Shown here in pieces: positions 47,008-49,490 of a stretch of 49,490 nucleotides of DNA. Both the position numbers and the translations under genes were made by a program. This stretch comes from Eubacteriales bacterium (lineage in GTDB: Bacteria; Bacillota; Clostridia; Oscillospirales; CAG-272). The notes beneath the pieces were generated by a model, which did no database searches, was not told the origin of the DNA, and saw only the letters and a list, made by a program, of their open reading frames with translations. Numbering within the stretch: position 1 is the stretch's first letter; each line of letters opens with the position of its first letter. The DNA is taken from assembly GCA_045586515.1 (NCBI GenBank), contig JAZNAM010000004.1:1-49490 (forward strand), written 5' to 3'.

Positions 47008-47563
47008 CAAAATGCAAAATAAACCATGGGAATACAAAAAGGCGATTTTGGCAGATACAGCACATTTGACGATGAACCAAGAAATTCTCCAGAAAGAACA
47101 ATGGACGATTTCTGACATTGATGAAAGAACTCGAGCCCTTATAGAACAAATAATCGACTTGTATCCGTATTGCTCTGCTTCTGATGACGTTATCTCAAAG
47201 CATATAATTTCAATCGATTGGGATGGTGTGTATGCGCTTGCTCACTTTTATGAGGAGGACGGAAGCGTAGAAATTCAGGAAGGCTCTGAAATTGTTAAGT
47301 ATGTTCAATCGGAGATTGAAGAGTGGCAATACGACATATATAGTGACCTTCTAGAAGATGGCATAATTAGGGAAACTGAAAAAGGAGCTGTCTTTGTAAA
47401 ATCCTATATGTTTATTCCCCAAAGAACAAGTTATACTGCATTGAGCGCGGCAGCAGGATTTATCCTTTGCGGTAGCAGAAACGGTTGGGAATATTGGAAA
47501 GATGAAAGTGGTAAGTCGCTTAATGAAAATTCCCAGCTCAAGCAAAAGTTTATAGGAAGATAA
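46945..47563 (+). pseudogene. C-terminal fragment of a GmrSD-like gene (DUF1524 tail plus DUF4357-like domain)
   Basis: LHRLGNLTL..NSKMQNKPWEYKK..W..IDER; SAAAGFILCGSRNGWEYWKDESGKSL; no proper start. Confidence 0.65.
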
Positions 47564-47573
47564 TTATACCAAT

Positions 47574-47951
47574 ATGAAGAACTATGAACCCGAAACTCGC
47601 TCTCGTTGGGGTGGCACGGACGCCTACCGCGAGCACGAGCAGAAGACGAAGAATTACACAAAAGAGAAGTGGGCAGAGGCGATTCATGGACTCATGCCCA
47701 CCTTTGCCGAGTTTGCTGCGTGCAAAGAGCGCGGTGCTGGTGCGGATTCTGCCGAGGCACAGGCGCTTGTGGACAAGCTTCAGTCGCACATCACGGAGAA
47801 CTATTACACCTGCACCGATGAGATCCTCGCAGGCCTTGGCAAGATGTACGTTGCCGACGAGCGATTCAAGAAAAATATCGACAAGTACGGCGAGGGAACG
47901 GCGGAGTTCGCTTCGGCTGCGATTGATAGATTTGCGTTGCTTCGCAAGTAA
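47574..47951 (+). CDS. Stand-alone TipAS antibiotic-recognition domain protein
   Basis: YEPETRSRWG, SAEAQALV, LGKMYVADERF..NID..GTAEF. Confidence 0.85.
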   Translation: MKNYEPETRSRWGGTDAYREHEQKTKNYTKEKWAEAIHGLMPTFAEFAACKERGAGADSAEAQALVDKLQSHITENYYTCTDEILAGLGKMYVADERFKKNIDKYGEGTAEFASAAIDRFALLRK

Positions 47952-47968
47952 TACAAAGGAGAACAACC

Positions 47969-48361
47969 ATGAAAAAAGTATTTGATTTTCTGAAAAAAGC
48001 AGAGGTTTATTATTTGGCAACCGTGGAGGGCGATCAGCCGAGAGTGCGCCCCTTTGGTACGATCAACGAGTTTCAGGGCAAACTCTACATACAGACGGGC
48101 AAGGTCAAGCCCACGTCCAAGCAGCTTGCGGCAAATCCAAAGGCGGAGATCTGCGCCTTCTCGGAGGGCGCGTGGATTCGCGTGGCGTGCGAGCTCGTTG
48201 AGGATGATCGCTTTGAAGCGAGAAAATCCATGCTCGACGCCTATCCCAATCTGCGCGGCATGTATGACGAGAACGACGGCAACACACAGGTGCTCTATAT
48301 GCAGAACGCGACGGCAACCTTCTGCGCGTTTGGCAAAGCCCCCGAGATCGTGGAGTTTTGA
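47969..48361 (+). CDS. Pyridoxamine 5'-phosphate oxidase family (NimA/NimC-like) flavin-binding protein
   Basis: YYLATVEGDQPRVRPFG, NPKAEIC. Confidence 0.88.
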   Translation: MKKVFDFLKKAEVYYLATVEGDQPRVRPFGTINEFQGKLYIQTGKVKPTSKQLAANPKAEICAFSEGAWIRVACELVEDDRFEARKSMLDAYPNLRGMYDENDGNTQVLYMQNATATFCAFGKAPEIVEF

Positions 48362-48363
48362 TC

Positions 48364-48789
48364 ATGGTCAAAGAACTGATGCACGATCCGATATTTCTTG
48401 CAGGGAAGTCGGAGATTGCGACGAAAGAGGATTGGCAAGTGGCGCAAGACTTGCTCGATACGCTGATGGCGCACAGGGAAAGTTGTGTCGGCATGGCGGC
48501 GAATATGATCGGGGTGAAGAAGCGCATCATTGCGTTTCTCGACGAGAGTGGACGAGTCCCTACGTACACCGTGATGCTCAACCCCGAGATCATCAAGAAG
48601 GACGGCGCGTACGATACCGAGGAAGGCTGTCTGTCGCTTCTCGGTGGCCCTCGCAATTGCAAGCGCTACAAGACCATCAAGGTGCGCTATCAGACCTTGG
48701 AGCTGCAATCGCGCATCAAGACCTACACCGGCTGGACGGCACAGATCATCCAGCATGAGGTGGATCATTGTAATGGGGTGTTGATATAA
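48364..48789 (+). CDS. def: Peptide deformylase (short form)
   Basis: GMAANMIG, EGCLS, QHEVDH. Confidence 0.9.
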   Translation: MVKELMHDPIFLAGKSEIATKEDWQVAQDLLDTLMAHRESCVGMAANMIGVKKRIIAFLDESGRVPTYTVMLNPEIIKKDGAYDTEEGCLSLLGGPRNCKRYKTIKVRYQTLELQSRIKTYTGWTAQIIQHEVDHCNGVLI

Positions 48790-48900
48790 GATATGTGTAA
48801 AGAGGATTGAAAAAGAGACTCAAATGAGTAGTACGATCAGCTCAGTGCTAAAAAACTTTTTGCATGCCGCTTAAAATGTTATAAGACTCAAAAAAACAAG

Positions 48901-48958
48901 GTGTTACACAAATTTGCGTAGCAAACTGCGTAACACCCAGAGAAAAGTTGTGTAACAC
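48901..48958. repeat. Short inverted/direct repeats resembling integrase arm-type sites
   Basis: GTGTTACACAA 48901-11, TGCGTAACAC 48927-36, TTGTGTAACAC 48948-58. Confidence 0.5.
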
Positions 48959-49075
48959 GAGAACAAAAAACTGTCGAGATGACAGGGTATTCGCCTGCGG
49001 CGAAGATACCGCTTCGCGGTATGCGTACCTGCGTCATTGCAGAGCAACGACCATGCACGAAGTGCCATCTCGACG

Positions 49076-49118
49076 AAAAAAGGGATAGGCACCGCGATTG
49101 CGGTGCCTATCCCTTTTT
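49076..49118 (-). terminator. Terminator downstream of tRNA-Pro
   Basis: AAAAAGGGATAGGCACCGC..GCGGTGCCTATCCCTTTTT. Confidence 0.85.
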
Positions 49119-49195
49119 TGGTCGAGATGACAGGATTCGAACCTGCGACTTCTACGTCCCGAACGTAGCGCTCTACCAAACTGAGCCACATCTCG
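49119..49195 (-). tRNA. tRNA-Pro (anticodon CGG), 77 nt, CCA encoded
   Basis: CGAGATGTGGCTCAGTTTGGTAGAGCGCTACGTTCGGGACGTAGAAGTCGCAGGTTCGAATCCTGTCATCTCGACCA folds as a cloverleaf. Confidence 0.97.
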
Positions 49196-49240
49196 TTGAA
49201 TTTCAGTAAAAAACTGTAATTATTGATTTATCAGCACTAT

Positions 49241-49269
49241 ATTATATCATACGCGGCGGGGTTTGTCAA
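49241..49269 (-). promoter_or_regulatory. sigmaA promoter of tRNA-Pro
   Basis: TTGACA-17 bp-TATAAT on the minus strand. Confidence 0.8.
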
Positions 49270-49319
49270 GGGATTTTTGCAATTTTGATGCATTCTCGGG
49301 GTGCGGGTGGTGAAAAATA

Positions 49320-49348
49320 TTGACAACGACTGTGTGCGGTGGTATAAT
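49320..49348 (+). promoter_or_regulatory. sigmaA promoter
   Basis: TTGACA-17 bp-TATAAT. Confidence 0.8.
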
Positions 49349-49385
49349 TATATTACTTAATGTTATTGAAAGTGAGGTAAAAGAT

Positions 49386-49490
49386 ATGCCCGGTCCCGGT
49401 GGAGGTTCGAGAGGCGGAGGCGGCGGATTTAGCGGCGGCCCACGCGGCGGAGGTTTTGGCGGAGGCGGTTTTGGCGGCGGTTCACGCCCC
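49386..49490 (+). CDS. Partial CDS with Gly-rich N-terminus (runs off the window)
   Basis: GAGGT RBS; MPGPGGGSRGGGGGFSGGPRGGGFGGGGFGGGSRP. Confidence 0.7.
   Translation, partial: MPGPGGGSRGGGGGFSGGPRGGGFGGGGFGGGSRP

Larger units (their letters stand above)
45847..48986. mobile_element. Decayed genomic island downstream of tRNA-Pro
   Basis: Bounded by tRNA-derived fragments (45847-45870 degenerate; 48973-48986 exact 3' segment); AT-rich broken defence-type genes; no integrase present. Confidence 0.55.

Overview
Chromosomal segment from a moderately GC-rich anaerobic Bacillota (Clostridia-like, probably gut) genome. The taxonomy is inferred from sigmaA promoters, GGAGG RBSs, ECF S-components, rubredoxin, SOR and NiaR. 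The core (about 2.4-45.8 kb) holds about 45 metabolic, transport and regulatory genes: pfkA, NhaC, two Fe-S aldo/keto reductases, GH20, patatin, a beta-CASP RNase, ALDH/SDR, ZIP, NiaR, a BSH/PVA-type Ntn hydrolase, trxA, an InlB-B-repeat surface protein, GDPD and an aconitase X plus enoate reductase operon. Two AT-rich accessory blocks flank it: 1-2340, and about 45850-48970, a decayed island downstream of tRNA-Pro(CGG) at 49119-49195. Most notable: (i) a ~112-nt structured non-coding element present in two highly diverged, covarying copies (2450-2563 +, 44588-44698 -), one inserted exactly in the D-loop of a tRNA-Pro fragment; (ii) several tRNA-Pro fragments plus a duplicated 5' end of the enoate reductase gene; (iii) an MFS transporter-GH2 glycosidase fusion; (iv) a superoxide reductase-BFD [2Fe-2S] fusion; (v) an AcnX dehydratase plus enoate reductase operon of unknown substrate; (vi) a 7TM-LuxR one-component regulator with a candidate operator before a surface protein gene. 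No CRISPR array, rRNA or intact integrase/transposase was seen. All family calls come from motif recognition by eye, not from database searches.
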